A stretch of DNA of 64,000 bases from an uncultured Methanomassiliicoccales archaeon (GCA_963695345.1 OY968769.1:2464001-2528000); one strand, 5' to 3'. Counted from the stretch's first letter, positions 1-12,958 are shown. Notes: a model not told the origin generated them from the sequence alone. Numbers and translations are program-made.

Positions 1-1431
1 ATGTCGGCGCGAGCACCAACTCATTGAGCAATGTGAACCTGCGGATAAAGGAGGGGGAGTTCATCCTGGTGCTGGGTAAATCCGGTTGCGGCAAGTCCAC
101 CCTTTGCCGTGCGCTGAACGGCCTCATCCCCCATTTCTACGGCGGAAGGATCTCCGGTCACGTGGTCGTCGATGGCATGGACACCAGGCAGCATTCCACC
201 TGCGACTACGCCAACCTGGTGGGCATGGTGTTCCAGGACCCCGAGAACCAACTGGTCATGACCAATGTGGAGAACGAGATGGCGTTCGGGATGGAGAACA
301 CCTGCGTTCCCACCGCGATCATGAGGGAGAGGGTGCTCCAATACTCCGAATACCTGGACCTGACCCAGTTCCTGACCCGTTTCATCCCCGAACTGAGCGG
401 GGGGGAGAAGCAGAAGGTGGCCATGGCATCCATCCTGGCCATGCGGCCGAAGTACATTGTGCTGGACGAACCGACATCCCAGCTGGACGGGGACAATGCC
501 GTTCTGTTCCTGGAGTTCCTCAAGCAGATGAACCGGGAATTGGGGATATCGGTCATACTGGTCGAGCACCGGGTCGAACGATGCATAGACTATCCCGACA
601 GGATAATCGTCATGGACCAGGGCTCCATCGTGAAGGATGGACCGCGGGACGAGATGATCGAGTACATGAAAGGAATGGGTCTGCTGAACGCGCCGGAGGG
701 CCGCAATGTGGCCATCCCCGATGGCAATCCGGATATCATCGAGGCGGAGAACATCAGTTTCGGTTACGAAGGCCGGGAAGTGCTCAAATGCCTGGGACTG
801 AAGGTGAAGGCCGGAGAGCTGGTCTCCATCACCGGTGACAACGGGAGCGGCAAATCCACCCTGATGAAGAACCTCAATGGACTGCTGCGGCCAAGGACCG
901 GCGACGTGAAGGTCAACGGCAAGAGCATCTCCGGAATGACATCGGCGTCGATCGCCAAGACCATCGGCTATCTGGGGCAGAACCCTAACGACTACCTGTT
1001 CGAGGAATCGCTCGAGGCGGAGCTCATGTTTACCCTCCGTAACCTCAAGGTGGACCAGAGGGAATGGGATGAGCGGATCCACTGGGCGCTCGGGATCCTG
1101 GATATGGAACGATATCTGAAGCGGTTCCCCCGGGACCTGAGCTGCGGCGAGAGGGAGAGGGCGGCGTTGGCATCGATCCTGGTGGCCAGACCCAAGGTCC
1201 TGATACTCGACGAGCCGACCAGGGGTCTGGACCAGTGGAACAAGGCCAAGCTGGGGGATATCCTCGGCAAGCTCCGCTGCAGAGGGGCAGACCACCATCC
1301 TGGTCACCCACGATTACCGTTTCATCGCCGAATACTCCAGCCGGGTGCTCCGTTTGAAGGACGGGTGCCTGACGGAGATCTCCCTGGACGACATGATGGC
1401 CATGGCCAGGGAAGAGCTGGGGGTGGTCTGA
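1..1431 (+). CDS. ECF transporter ATPase with duplicated ABC domains (5' end probably outside the window; frameshift near 1290)
   Basis: Two Walker A motifs (GKSGCGKS, GDNGSGKS), Q-loop VFQDPENQ, signatures LSGGEKQ and LSCGERE, LDEPT twice. The C-terminal VTHD switch lies in a shifted frame; TGA 1429-1431 abuts the next ATG. Confidence 0.9.
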
Positions 1432-2216
1432 ATGGAGACCGATACGATGGATACCGTGAGCGTCAGGACGCATTCGCGGGTCACCTACAAGTCATTGGTC
1501 CCGACCTTCGCGACCATCATCGTGGGGGCGTTCATTCTCTATCTCACGTTCGTCAACTCATCGGAGCTGAAGACCTATGCGGCCTTGCTCACGAACGCCT
1601 TCATGCTGCTCCTGCTGATCACGTTCTTCGGCCGGTTCGAGGAGACGTCGGTAAGCTCGAAGGAGGTGGCCCTGATCGGCATCCTCGGAGCCATCATCGC
1701 CGCCTCCCGCATCCCGTTCGCAGCCATTCCCAACGTGCAGCCGTGCACCTTCCTGATCATGGCGGTCGGTCTGGTCTTCGGACCGCTGGCCGGGTTCATG
1801 GTGGGGGGCACGACCGCCATCGTCTCCAACCTCTTCCTCGGGATGGGGCCCTGGACGATCTGGCAGATGGCGGGATGGGGCTTGGTCGGCTTCGTCTCCG
1901 GACTCATCGGAAAGAAGAAGCAAGGAAATGAGCGTGGCCAAGATGGCCATCCTCTGCTTCGCGCTCGGCTGGATGTACAATGAGGTGCTTGACTTCAGCA
2001 GCTGGGTTTGGTTGTATAACATGGACCTGGCGAAGTTCCGTTTCATGTTCGGCGCAGGGCCTGCCTTTCGGACTATTGCACGCCGGAGGCAACGTCGTCT
2101 TCACCTGCGCTATCGGAAAACCGGTCCTGCGCGCGTTCCGTCGTTTCCAGTCCCGGTTCCAGGTGACCTACGTGGACAAGGTCCGTTCGCCCGCCGTCAT
2201 TCCGGATGAGGTTTGA
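1432..2216 (+). CDS. ECF transporter S component, CbrT-like (cobalamin/corrinoid), frameshifted
   Basis: Hydrophobic protein with KEVALIGILGAIIAASRIPF..IPNVQPCTF and G.GPWT.WQM.GWG; continues in ORFs 1928-2209 and 1980-2216. Confidence 0.8.
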
Positions 2217-4337
2217 CCGCCGGCCTTAGCATGTCCATGAGCTCGTCCAGGTCATGCGTCGGTTTGAGACAGCTGCCGTTCTGGCACAGATAGGCGGTCG
2301 GTCTTCCCGTCGATAGGGACCTTGTCCCTCAGGCTGGAGAGGTTCTTGCACTCGGCCAGTTTCTTTTCCCGAACCGGATGGAGCATCACGATCGAATAGG
2401 GAAGGTAGATGGAATTGACCGCGTCTATCATCGCCTTTGTCCGTTTATCGCCCGGGTCGCCCGCTATGACCAGTACCTGGGCTGGCTTCAGCATCATCCT
2501 CAGCCCCATGATGAAGAAGGACAATGCGTCGGGGACCTTGGACAGGTAGAAATCGTAGTACCTGGCGGAGCTAGTCGCCGCCTCGAGCAGCTTCTGGTCG
2601 TCGATCATCGAGGAAAGCAAGGCAAGGTCATAGGCCATGACCGAATTGGCCGAAGGCACGGCACCGTCGGATATCTCCTTGCTCAGATAGCACCAGGTCT
2701 TCCTTGGCCATGGAGTTGTAGAAGCCTCCCCTTTCGTCGCCGAACAGATCGATGGTCCTCCTCGTGTAATCGACCGCCCGGTTCAGGTAACGTACCTCGA
2801 AGGTGGCCTGGTAAAGCTCCAGCAGCCCCCAGATGTAGTAGGAATGGTCGGAGAGCATGCCGTTGACCCTCGCCTCCCCGTCACGGTACATATGGAACAG
2901 GCCGCCCTCCGGTGACGCCAGGAACCCTTCGATCGCATCCACCGCCCGCTTGGCCGCCTGCAGGTAACGTTCCTGCCCGAAGGCCCTTCCCGCTTTGGCC
3001 AAGGCGGCGATCATGAGGCCGTTCCAATCGGTCAGGACCTTGTCGTCACGGGCCGGCCGGATCCGCAGCTCGCGGACCGCCTTCAGCCTTTCCACGCATG
3101 TTTCCAGGTAGTCGGTCAGCTCGGCCGGGCTCATGTCGAACTTGGCCGCCAGGGTGGCAATGGTCGGCGGTCAGGTGCAGGAGGTTGCGATCGATGTCGC
3201 CCTCCCTGCCAGAACCGATGGTTCCCTCGGGATGCACATCGAAGCATTCCATGAAGATCTCGGGCCTCAGGTCCTTCAGCACATCCTCGATCTCTTCGTA
3301 GGTCCAGGTGTAGAACTTTCCTTCCACGCCCTCGCTGTCGGCATCCTCCGAGGCACAGAAGGCCCCCCTGCTCGGAAACCAGGTCCTTGAGGACATACTC
3401 GATCGTCGTCCTCTGCGACCTTCTTGAAATCGTCCTTGCCGGTGGCCTGATATGCCTCCACGTACGCGATGCAGATCAATGCCTGGTCATAGAGCATCTT
3501 TTCGAAATGAGGCATGATCCATTGTTCGTCGGTGGAATATCGGTGGAATCCCCCTCCGATATGGTCATGGATGCCCCCCAAGCATCATGTTGGTGAGGGT
3601 CCAGTCGGCCATTCTCAGGGCTTCGGCATCACCGGTGTCATGCCAATAGCGGAGAAGGAAGATGGATTTGTGCGGGATCGGGAACTTGGGCGACTTCTCG
3701 AATCCTCCGATACTTCTCCTCGTACGTCTTCTTCAAACCCCTAAAGGCATCATCCAGATAGTTGACGCTCGGCTCGCCCGGCCTGACGATCTCCATGGCG
3801 GCGATGTCCTTGACGATGGTCGAGGTGATGGATTGGATCTCTCCCTGCTCTTCCCTCCAGGCGGCGGAGATGGCATTCAGTACGGTGATTATATCCGACA
3901 TTCCGAACTGTCCGTTCCTGCGGAATGTAGGTCGCGGCGAAGAAAGGTATCTTCTCCGGCGTCATTACGATGGTCAGCGGCCAACCTCCGCCTCCGGTCA
4001 TGGCCTGGCATGCCTTCATGTAAAGCTCATCGATGTCCGGCCGCTCCTCCCGGTCGACCTTGATCGCCACATATTCCGCGTTGAGCGTTCTCGCGACCTC
4101 CTCGTCCTCGAACGACTCCCTCTCCATGACGTGACACCAATGGCAGGCCGAATAGCCTATGGAAAGGAAGATCGGCCTTCCGGTCCGCTTCGCCTCCGAG
4201 AAGGCCTCCTCACCCCAAGGATACCAATCCACCGGGTTGTGGGAGTGCATGATGAGATATGGGCTCTTCTCGTTCACAAATGGTTGGAGTGTTGCGGCTT
4301 CGGCTCCATGGACTACCTTCAGGGGAAGATTCATCAA
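2197..4337 (-). CDS. Thioredoxin-domain protein of the YyaL/SSP411 family, multiple frameshifts
   Basis: [59 protein letters not shown] and [13 protein letters not shown] are spread over consecutive ORF fragments. Confidence 0.9.
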
Positions 4338-4931
4338 ATGAATAAATTAACCTATGTATGCTGGATGATAGAAAGAGTGATTGTTCTAGGTCAAATAATC
4401 TAAAAAGGTAGAGGTCACGTGGGACCTCATACCTCGGTTTAGAAGGCGTTTGGAGTTGGTTGGGCCGGTGGCTCACCGCTCCTATGCGATCCTCTCCTCC
4501 TAAGAAAGTCCGCTTTTCGTTACCTCGAACGATTGCCAGTCTATCTTCGTCGGCTGGCTAACAAAGCCAATGCGTTGGTCGATATTTATGCTTTTCCGGC
4601 TTTCTTGGGTCGATTGGATTATGTTGACGTGTTTTTATTTGAAATATTTTCAGATCTGGCTTGTGAATCTGTGGATGGATTAACCATCCCGTTATTCGAT
4701 AATTATAGTTACTATAATATTAATGTGTGCATACGAACGAAGAAAAACGATCAGAGCATTTGGACGATATCCATTGGTTGTTCAAGGCATATTTTCCAGA
4801 TGCGCGGTCCTGACATGGCCTCGGCCGCTCAGATCAGGAGTCAATCCCTCTCCGATCGTCCGCCTGATCTTCTTCAATCTCGCGACCGCATGAAGGGGAT
4901 GTGCAGAGATGGACGCGGCTCGGTCATGAGC

Positions 4932-6386
4932 TCAGCGGGTCACTCTGTCAATCAGTTGCTTCTCCTTGTTATAGACCGAGATCTCCAGAGGCATCTGACC
5001 GACTGCGAAGTGGGTGGCGCACCCGAAGCAGGGGTCGTAGGCCCGGAAGGCCATCTCCACCTTGTTCAGTATGTTCTCGTCCACCTTTCCTCCGTGTATC
5101 AGGCCCTTGGCGGCATCGCGGATGCTCATGCAGATCGCCGGATAGTTGTTGGTGGTGGCGACGATCATGTTGACGTTCCTGCACCAGGGCGTTCTCGTCC
5201 AGCCGGTAGTGGTGGATGAGCGTTCCTCTGGCCGCCTCGACGATGCCGACACCCTCGCCTGGCTCTCCCGGCTTGTTCCGTACGTCGGTGCTGGTGATCT
5301 CCGGGTCGCTCGCCAGTTCGACGGCGCGTTCGGCCGCGTACAGCAGCTCGATGAGCCGGGCCCAGTGGAAGACCAGGGTGCCATGCGCCGGCTTGCCCAG
5401 CATCGCGAACATCCGCTCGTACTCCTGCCTGAGCCAGGGGTGTGGCCATCCCGTCCGCGGCGTTCAGCCGGCCAGGGGACCGACCCTGTAGATGCCATTG
5501 TCCGGTCCGTCGGTGAAGCCGTTCCACCCGACCTTCCGCAGGAAGGGGAACTTGGAGTAGGTCCACTCCTCCGAGCGCTCCTCGATATGCTCGGCGTAGT
5601 CGGCCGCCCCGAACCGGGAGAACTCCTTGCCTGAAGGGTCGACCACCCGGACCTCGCCATCGTAGAAGTTGACGCGGTTCTTCGCGTCCACCATTCCCAT
5701 GTAATAGGTCCTCATGGTGTAGGCGTCGCTCTTGATCATGTCCAGGTACTTCGGGTTGTCCAGCACCAGGTCGTGGAACAGCTGCAGCGTGAACTGGGCG
5801 AAGTTCACCGAGGACTTGGCCATCTCCAGTATGGCGAGTCGGATCTCCTCGCTGAGCGGCTTGCTCATCCCGCCGGGCAGTCCGCTGACCGGATGGGTGG
5901 CCTTACCGCCGATGATCTCGGTGATCTTCTGGCCATAGGCGCGGTGCTTGATCACCTCCTTGGCGACGTCCAGCCCCGCCTTCTCGATCACGCCCAGGAT
6001 GTTGCGCTTCTCCGCCGGCGCATCCGGTCCGACGATGAAGTCCGGTCCGCCCAGATAGTAGAAGTGCAGCGTATGGTCGTAGATGATGTAGCCCATGTAC
6101 TGGAGCTCCCTCAGCTTCTTCGCGGCCGAAGGCGGAGTCGACCTGGAACGCCGCGTCCAAGGCCTTGACCGAGGCGTAGATGGTGGGCCACCGGGCACAC
6201 CCCGCATATCCTGGTGGTGATGATGGGCATGAGCTCGGCTGGGCGGCCGACGCAGAAGGCCTCGAAGCCCCTGAGCTCAGGGACCTTGAGGTATGCGTTC
6301 TCCACCTCACCATCGTCGTTGAGGAAGATGGACACGCTGCCGTGCCCTTCCAGCCTGGTGATCGGGTCGATGTTGATCTCCTTCAT
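4932..6386 (-). CDS. mvhA: [NiFe] hydrogenase large subunit, group 3c (MvhA/VhuA type), frameshifted
   Basis: IDPITRLEGHG, L1 motif RICGVCP, EAARGTLIHHY, L2 motif RAYDPCFGCATH followed by a 25-aa C-terminal extension. Confidence 0.92.
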
Positions 6387-7366
6387 TCTTTCATCACCTT
6401 CCTTTGCAGGATGGACGCCGGCAGGCTGTACATGTAGAATATGCCCACCGGGTCCTTGATCTGCGATATGAGCTTGGTCGACTTCCTCGTCAGTGTACGT
6501 TCCCGGCTCCTTGTCCAGGTTCAGGATGGAGGCCAGTGCCGTGATCATTCCCGCTCCCATGTCGGGCTGGTTGGGCGCCGCACCGCCGCAGCCGGTGCAG
6601 GGCATGTCCACCTTGAGGCACTGGGCTCCGCAGCCGCTGCGGGTGGCCATCCCCATGCATATGATGCCCTGCTCCATCAGGCAGCGCTCCGGTTCCGGGG
6701 TGATCTCGTACACCCGGTGGATGCTGGAGATCTTCTTGTTCTCCCGCTTGCGGGGGCATTGGTCGCACACCGCCGGCAACGGCGCCAGGACCGAGCCCTT
6801 GGGAGGCAGTTCGTTCTTCACGATAGCTTCCAACGCCTTGTTGATGAGAACGACCGGCGGCGGGCAGCCAGGCAGGAAGTAGTCGACATCGACGGTCTGG
6901 TCCAGCGTCCTGACGGTATCGTAGAACATCGGAATGTCGAAGCGTACCCTCCTTCACGGCGGTCTCGGCTCGGGATAATGCGCCGTCGTCCGTGAACTTC
7001 GTTGCGAGTAGACCTGCTCCAGTATGCCCTTGGCATCGCTGAGGTTCGCCAGTCCGGGCACGGAACCCTCGTTGGCGCATGATCCGAAGGCGACCAGGGT
7101 CTGGGATTTGGAGCGGAGCAGCTTCGCCATGTGCTCCTGCTCGCTGTTCCGTATCGAGCCGTTGAAGAACGTGATGTCGATGTGACCGTCCGGCATCGCC
7201 TCGACGTCCTTGTACTTGACGTCCATCGCCACCGGCCAGAAGACGATGTCCACCGACCTTGACGACATCGAGAATCGTCTCGTTGATGTCCAGGACGGCT
7301 ATCTCGCAGCCGCCGCAGCTGGCCGCCCAGTAGAACGCTACTCCTCAGTTTCCGGTCGATGTTCAC
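6383..7366 (-). CDS. mvhG: [NiFe] hydrogenase small subunit (MvhG type), frameshifted
   Basis: FYWAASCGGCE, AFGSCA, LPGCPP, VCDQC, CLMEQGIICMGMATRSGCGAQC..PCTGCGG. Its stop overlaps the mvhA ATG (ATGA). Confidence 0.9.
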
Positions 7367-8805
7367 TCCCCCTCTTGTGCTCTCGTTCATGAGATATTCG
7401 TGCATCGCCTTGGCAGCACGCTTCCCTGCCCCCATGGCACTGATGACGGTGGCAGCACCGGTGGCCACGTCACCGCCGGCGAACACGCCCTTCAGGTTGG
7501 TCCGTCCCTCTGCATCGACGATGATGGTGCCGTTTCGCGGATTGGTCACCAGCCCCTCGGTGGTGCGCTGGATGATGGGGTTCGGCGTCTGGCCGATGGC
7601 GACGATGACGGTATCGGCCGGGATCTCGAAATCCGAACAGACAATGGGCTTGACACCCTGCCTGCCCCTGTTCGTCCGGTTCTGTCAGCTCCATGCAGGT
7701 GCATCTCATGGACTTGACCCAGCCCTTCTCGTCACCGTAGAACTCGATCGGGGCGCTGAGGAACTTGCACATCAACCCTTCCTCCTCGGCGTTCTCGATC
7801 TCCTCCCTCCTGGCTGGCAGCTCGTTCCGCGAACGCCGGTAGTTCAGGCAGACCGTCGCCCCTAGCCTCATGGATATGCGGGCGCAGTCCATGGCCACGT
7901 TCCCTCCGCCGATGACGACCACGTGCTTGCCGATGCGGATCGGGGTGTCCTTTTCCGGGAAGTCGTAGGCCTTCATCAGGTTGACCCGGATGAGGAACTC
8001 GTTGGCCGAGTAGATGCCGCCCAGGTTCTCACCGGGGCATCCGGTCCACTGCGGGAGGCCGGCCCCGCTGCCGATGAATATCGCATCGTAACCGTTCTCC
8101 AACAGTTCCGGGATGGTGTGTATCCTCCCGATGAGATTGCCCAGTCGCAGGTCCACCCCCAGCTTCTGCACGTACTCGATCTCCTTCTGGACGATCTCCT
8201 TGGGCAGACGGAACTCCGGGATGCCATAGCTGAGCACACCGCCGGCCACATGCAGCGCCTCGAACAACGTCACCTCATGACCTAGTCTTGCCAGGTCGGA
8301 TGCTGCCGTCAATCCCGCCGGGCCGGCACCGATGACCGCCACCTTCTTTCCGGTTGGAGGCACCTTCTCCGGGATCTGCACTCCATGCTCCCTCTCCCAG
8401 TCGGCCAGGAACCTCTCGAGGCGTCCGATGTTGACCGGATCGCCCTTCTTGCCCTTAATGCACTTCATCTGGCACTGCTCCTCCTGCGGGCAGACGCGTC
8501 CGCAGACGGCGGGAAGGGCGTTCTTTGACTTTATGATCGCAATGCCTTCGGCGTACTTTCCCTCAAGGATGCAGTCGATGAACTCCGGGATAGGCACGTC
8601 CACGGGGCAGCCTTTCCGGCATTGGGGGTTCTTGCACTTGCAGGCACCGGGCCGCCTCTTTCAGGGCCATCTCCTCGGTGTAGCCAAGAGCGACCTCGCT
8701 GAAGTTCTTGACCCGCTCGTCAGGCTCCTGCCTCGGCATCGGCACGTCCTCGTCCGTCGTAGCCCGGGCGCGTCCTCTCTTCTTCTCAGGCTCAGTACCG
8801 TTCAC
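7363..8805 (-). CDS. nfnB: NfnB/SudA (GltD-like) large subunit of electron-bifurcating NADH-dependent ferredoxin:NADP+ oxidoreductase, frameshifted
   Basis: ERVKNFSEVALG, EAARCL, PAVCGRVCPQEEQC, IGAGPAG, YGIPEFRLPK, GGGNVAMD, YRRS (NADP type), GVFAGGD..GAATVISAMGAG. Confidence 0.9.
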
Positions 8806-9635
8806 ACTTGCAGCCTCCGTTCGTTTCCCAAAGCATGGAACTCAACCTCTCTTCCGGGAGCATGGTGCGCTGGCGTTTGATGAGCTCGTCGAAGTTGGTC
8901 TCGTGCCCGTCGAACTCGGGGCCATCCACGCAACCGAACATCATCTTGTCGCCCACGGTCACACGGCAGACACCGCACATGCCCATGCCATCGATCATGA
9001 TCGGGGTCAAGGTCACAATGGTCGGGATGCCGTAGGGGCTGGGTCATCTCGCTCACCTCTTTCATCATCACCACCGGTCCCATGACCACGCACCGGTCGA
9101 ATCTCTCCGTCTGGAGGAGATCGTTCAGGAAAGCCAATCCCATTTTCCCCGCAGTCCCATCGTCCGAGGCGATGTGGACCTGATCGCTGTTTGCCATGGC
9201 CTCCTCCTTCATGAAAAGCAGATCGCTGCTCCTGCAGCCAAGGACCGTAGTCACATGGTTTCCTGCCGCCTTCAAGGCCTTGGCCTGAAGCAGCAACGGG
9301 GCGATCATTATGCTTCCGCCCACGCACAGCACCTTCCCGAAAGTTCCTGATCTCGGAAGGATTGCCCAACGGTCCGGTGACGTTGAACAGGCAGTCGCCC
9401 TGGTTGAACGTGCCCAGCTCCTTGGTGGTCTTGCCGACCTCATGGAAGGCGAATGAAACCGTTCCTTTCTCCGCGTCGTAATCACAGATGGTAAGGGGTA
9501 CTCTCTCCCCTCCCGTTTTCGCTATGACGATCAGGAATTGCCCCGGCTGAGCTTTGGCGGCGATCTCCGGGGCCTCGACCTCGAACAGGGTCATCTTGTA
9601 GCTGAGCGCCTTTTGGACAATATCTTGTATGTCAT
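8792..9635 (-). CDS. nfnA: NfnA/SudB small subunit (FAD, [2Fe-2S]), frameshifted
   Basis: AQPGQFLI, GERVPLTI, GPLGNP, IMIDGMGMCGVCRV..CVDGPEFDG; lies directly upstream of nfnB. Confidence 0.88.
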
Positions 9636-10850
9636 CATTCCGCCTCCCTTTGTAGCGGTATCTTTGGCATACGGCATGGTTGCGATCCTCTCGAAGAAAG
9701 CCTCGAACTTCTGGCTGAATTCGCCCTCACATCTCGGCGAGAGCTCGTGTATCTCGAACCGATCGAGCAATCCTGCTTCTTCAGAAAGGCTGTGAGGACC
9801 TCGAGCTGCCTTTCTGAGGTGTCTCTTCCCTGCTGGAGCTTGCAGTCCTTCGCCGAGCAGACTACCGCCATGACGCCGTCGAAGCCCTGCTCGAAGGCGC
9901 TAACCACCTGCACCGGGTCCATTCCCTTGAAGCAAGGTACCTCCATGACAAGAGCGTTCTTCCCTTGGAGCATCTTCTCCGGATCGTCCAGAGCTGAGTA
10001 CTCCGACCACTGGCAGCTGAGGATCAAGATGGCAGGTCTGCCGTCTCTGGCCCTTATCCTCTGTGCCGCGGCTCCATAGGATGCGATGAGATCTTTGAAC
10101 TCATATCCTTTGACGTGGATGGCGTTGTGCGGACAGACCAGCTGACAGGCACCACAGCCCATGCATTTCTCGGCATCCGTGGAAGGCGTGGAGAACGGTT
10201 CTGACTTGATGGCTCCGTAGGGGCATACGAACACGCATTTGCCGCAACCGACGCACTCACTGTTGTTCCTGACCACCTTTCGAGAATACTTCACGACCTT
10301 CAGCGCATCATCGGGATAGCCGAGCTGCTTGATGACCGCCTCGCCAAGTAGCATGCGCCTTGTCCCGATCCCGGTGCCTTCCTTCATACGGCAGAATCCG
10401 TCATGGCACTGGATAGAGATGATGTTCTTCACGCCCGACTTCAGGGCATTGAAAATGAAATCCGTCGGGATCCTTCCGGCGCATGGGATGCGCAAGGGCA
10501 GATAACCCTCCACCTTCAGGCCCCTGTCCGGCAAGGATGTCCTCGACCTCGCCGCTGCTGGGCGAGTTGCCCCTGCACATCATAACCAGCGTATCCGCGC
10601 ATAGGTTCTTTCGTGCCGATATGACGTAATCGAGCAGGTCCCCATAATCGTAGTATGACATCTCGATGGCCGAGACGGGACAGGCACTATAGCATATCCC
10701 GCAGACCTGACACTTTTGGATGTCTATGCTCAGTTTACCGCCATCGGGCTGACGGTCAATGGCCTCGAACGGACAAAGCGAGAAGCAAACCGTGCATCGG
10801 CTACAGAGGTCTTGGTCAATTCTAACGGCTGCAAGGCAGTTATCGTTCAT
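9635..10850 (-). CDS. mvhD: Tandem (2x[4Fe-4S] ferredoxin + MvhD-like [2Fe-2S]) x2 protein, frameshifted near 10535 and 9775
   Basis: Four CxxCxxCxxxCP motifs in two pairs. Each pair is followed by an MvhD-like unit (MMC/IPCAGRI/QCHDGFC and LSCQW/VPCFKG/GFDGV..CSAKDC). Confidence 0.8.
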
Positions 10851-11196
10851 ACCTGATATCCCCCTCAGGGTCGAAGAAATTCTGTGGCCGGGACATGTAA
10901 TCCAGACCGTAGAGGGCGCATAGACATCAACTTATTTATTGGATAGCTTTGGTCCATCCGCCGTTCACTGCAAAAGAGTCCTCGCGGAATCTTTACAGTA
11001 GCAGAGGTTGGATAATGGGTAGATTATATAATGAGTACTATCGAAGGTTCGTGAATGGTTTAGGTTACATTATTATGTGTCGAAATATTTCCTGGATATG
11101 GTAATAAAAATATATGCGTGGCTAAAATTAAATAGACGCATAAACATTAATTATATGAAAATTGAGACATCTATCGCGTAATTGCCGTAAGGAATC

Positions 11197-11231
11197 ATTC
11201 AAAGCACCGTTTTTGAATAGATATTATATAA
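11197..11231 (+). promoter_or_regulatory. Candidate gdhA promoter: inverted repeat ATTCAAA-N8-TTTGAAT immediately before a TATA-like ATATTATATAA
   Basis: Perfect 7-bp arms at 11197-11203 and 11212-11218; TATA-like element at 11221-11231; GGAG before the ATG at 11270. Confidence 0.5.
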
Positions 11232-11269
11232 GAAAAATTCCATTCCGAATCTTGTAGGAGCGTCATTAG

Positions 11270-12609
<1,340 letters not shown>

Positions 12610-12644
12610 ACAGTATGTTTAGATGATCAGCGCACAAAGCTTGT

Positions 12645-12702
12645 CCCGCCCCGCTCAGACATAATCGGTCTAGGGCGGGCCGAGCCCCTTATTCATTTTT
12701 TG
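12645..12702 (+). terminator. Hairpin plus T-tract after gdhA
   Basis: CCCGCCC..AGAC..GTCT.GGGCGGG followed by ATTCATTTTTTG. Confidence 0.45.
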
Positions 12703-12958
12703 ACAATTTGAACTATGGGGAGATCCCTTTGATCTCGCTGGCCTTCCGTCGATCGGCAGATGATCCGATAGGGCCTCACCGCCAAACCTCATTCGTGTCT
12801 TGACGTTCTGCCTAATGGATCCATCCCCAAACTGGCCAGGTCCATCTTATATGGAATGTGCCCGTCAGCAACCATTGGGATACGATGCCTGCACAAATAT
12901 CAGGACGACATTTTAATAGTCTAGCTAATACTATACACCTAGCCGAGGAGGGTTCACC

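Noticed and set aside
24-1931. 635-aa ORF suggesting an extended ATPase
   Set aside because: After about 1290 it is out-of-frame read-through across the real ATPase end and the S-component gene.
4533-5219. 228-aa plus-strand ORF
   Set aside because: TTG start, no motifs, partly antisense to mvhA.
6111-7549. Apparent MvhG-MvhA and NfnB-MvhG fusions in the ORF track
   Set aside because: Explained by indels; an ATGA overlap at 6383-6386 shows separate genes.
7363-8805. Annotation as glutamate synthase beta subunit because gdhA is nearby
   Set aside because: No gltB is present and an nfnA/sudB partner is directly upstream, favouring NfnB/SudA.
11161-11250. NrpR operator upstream of gdhA
   Set aside because: No exact GGAA-N6-TTCC was found by eye.
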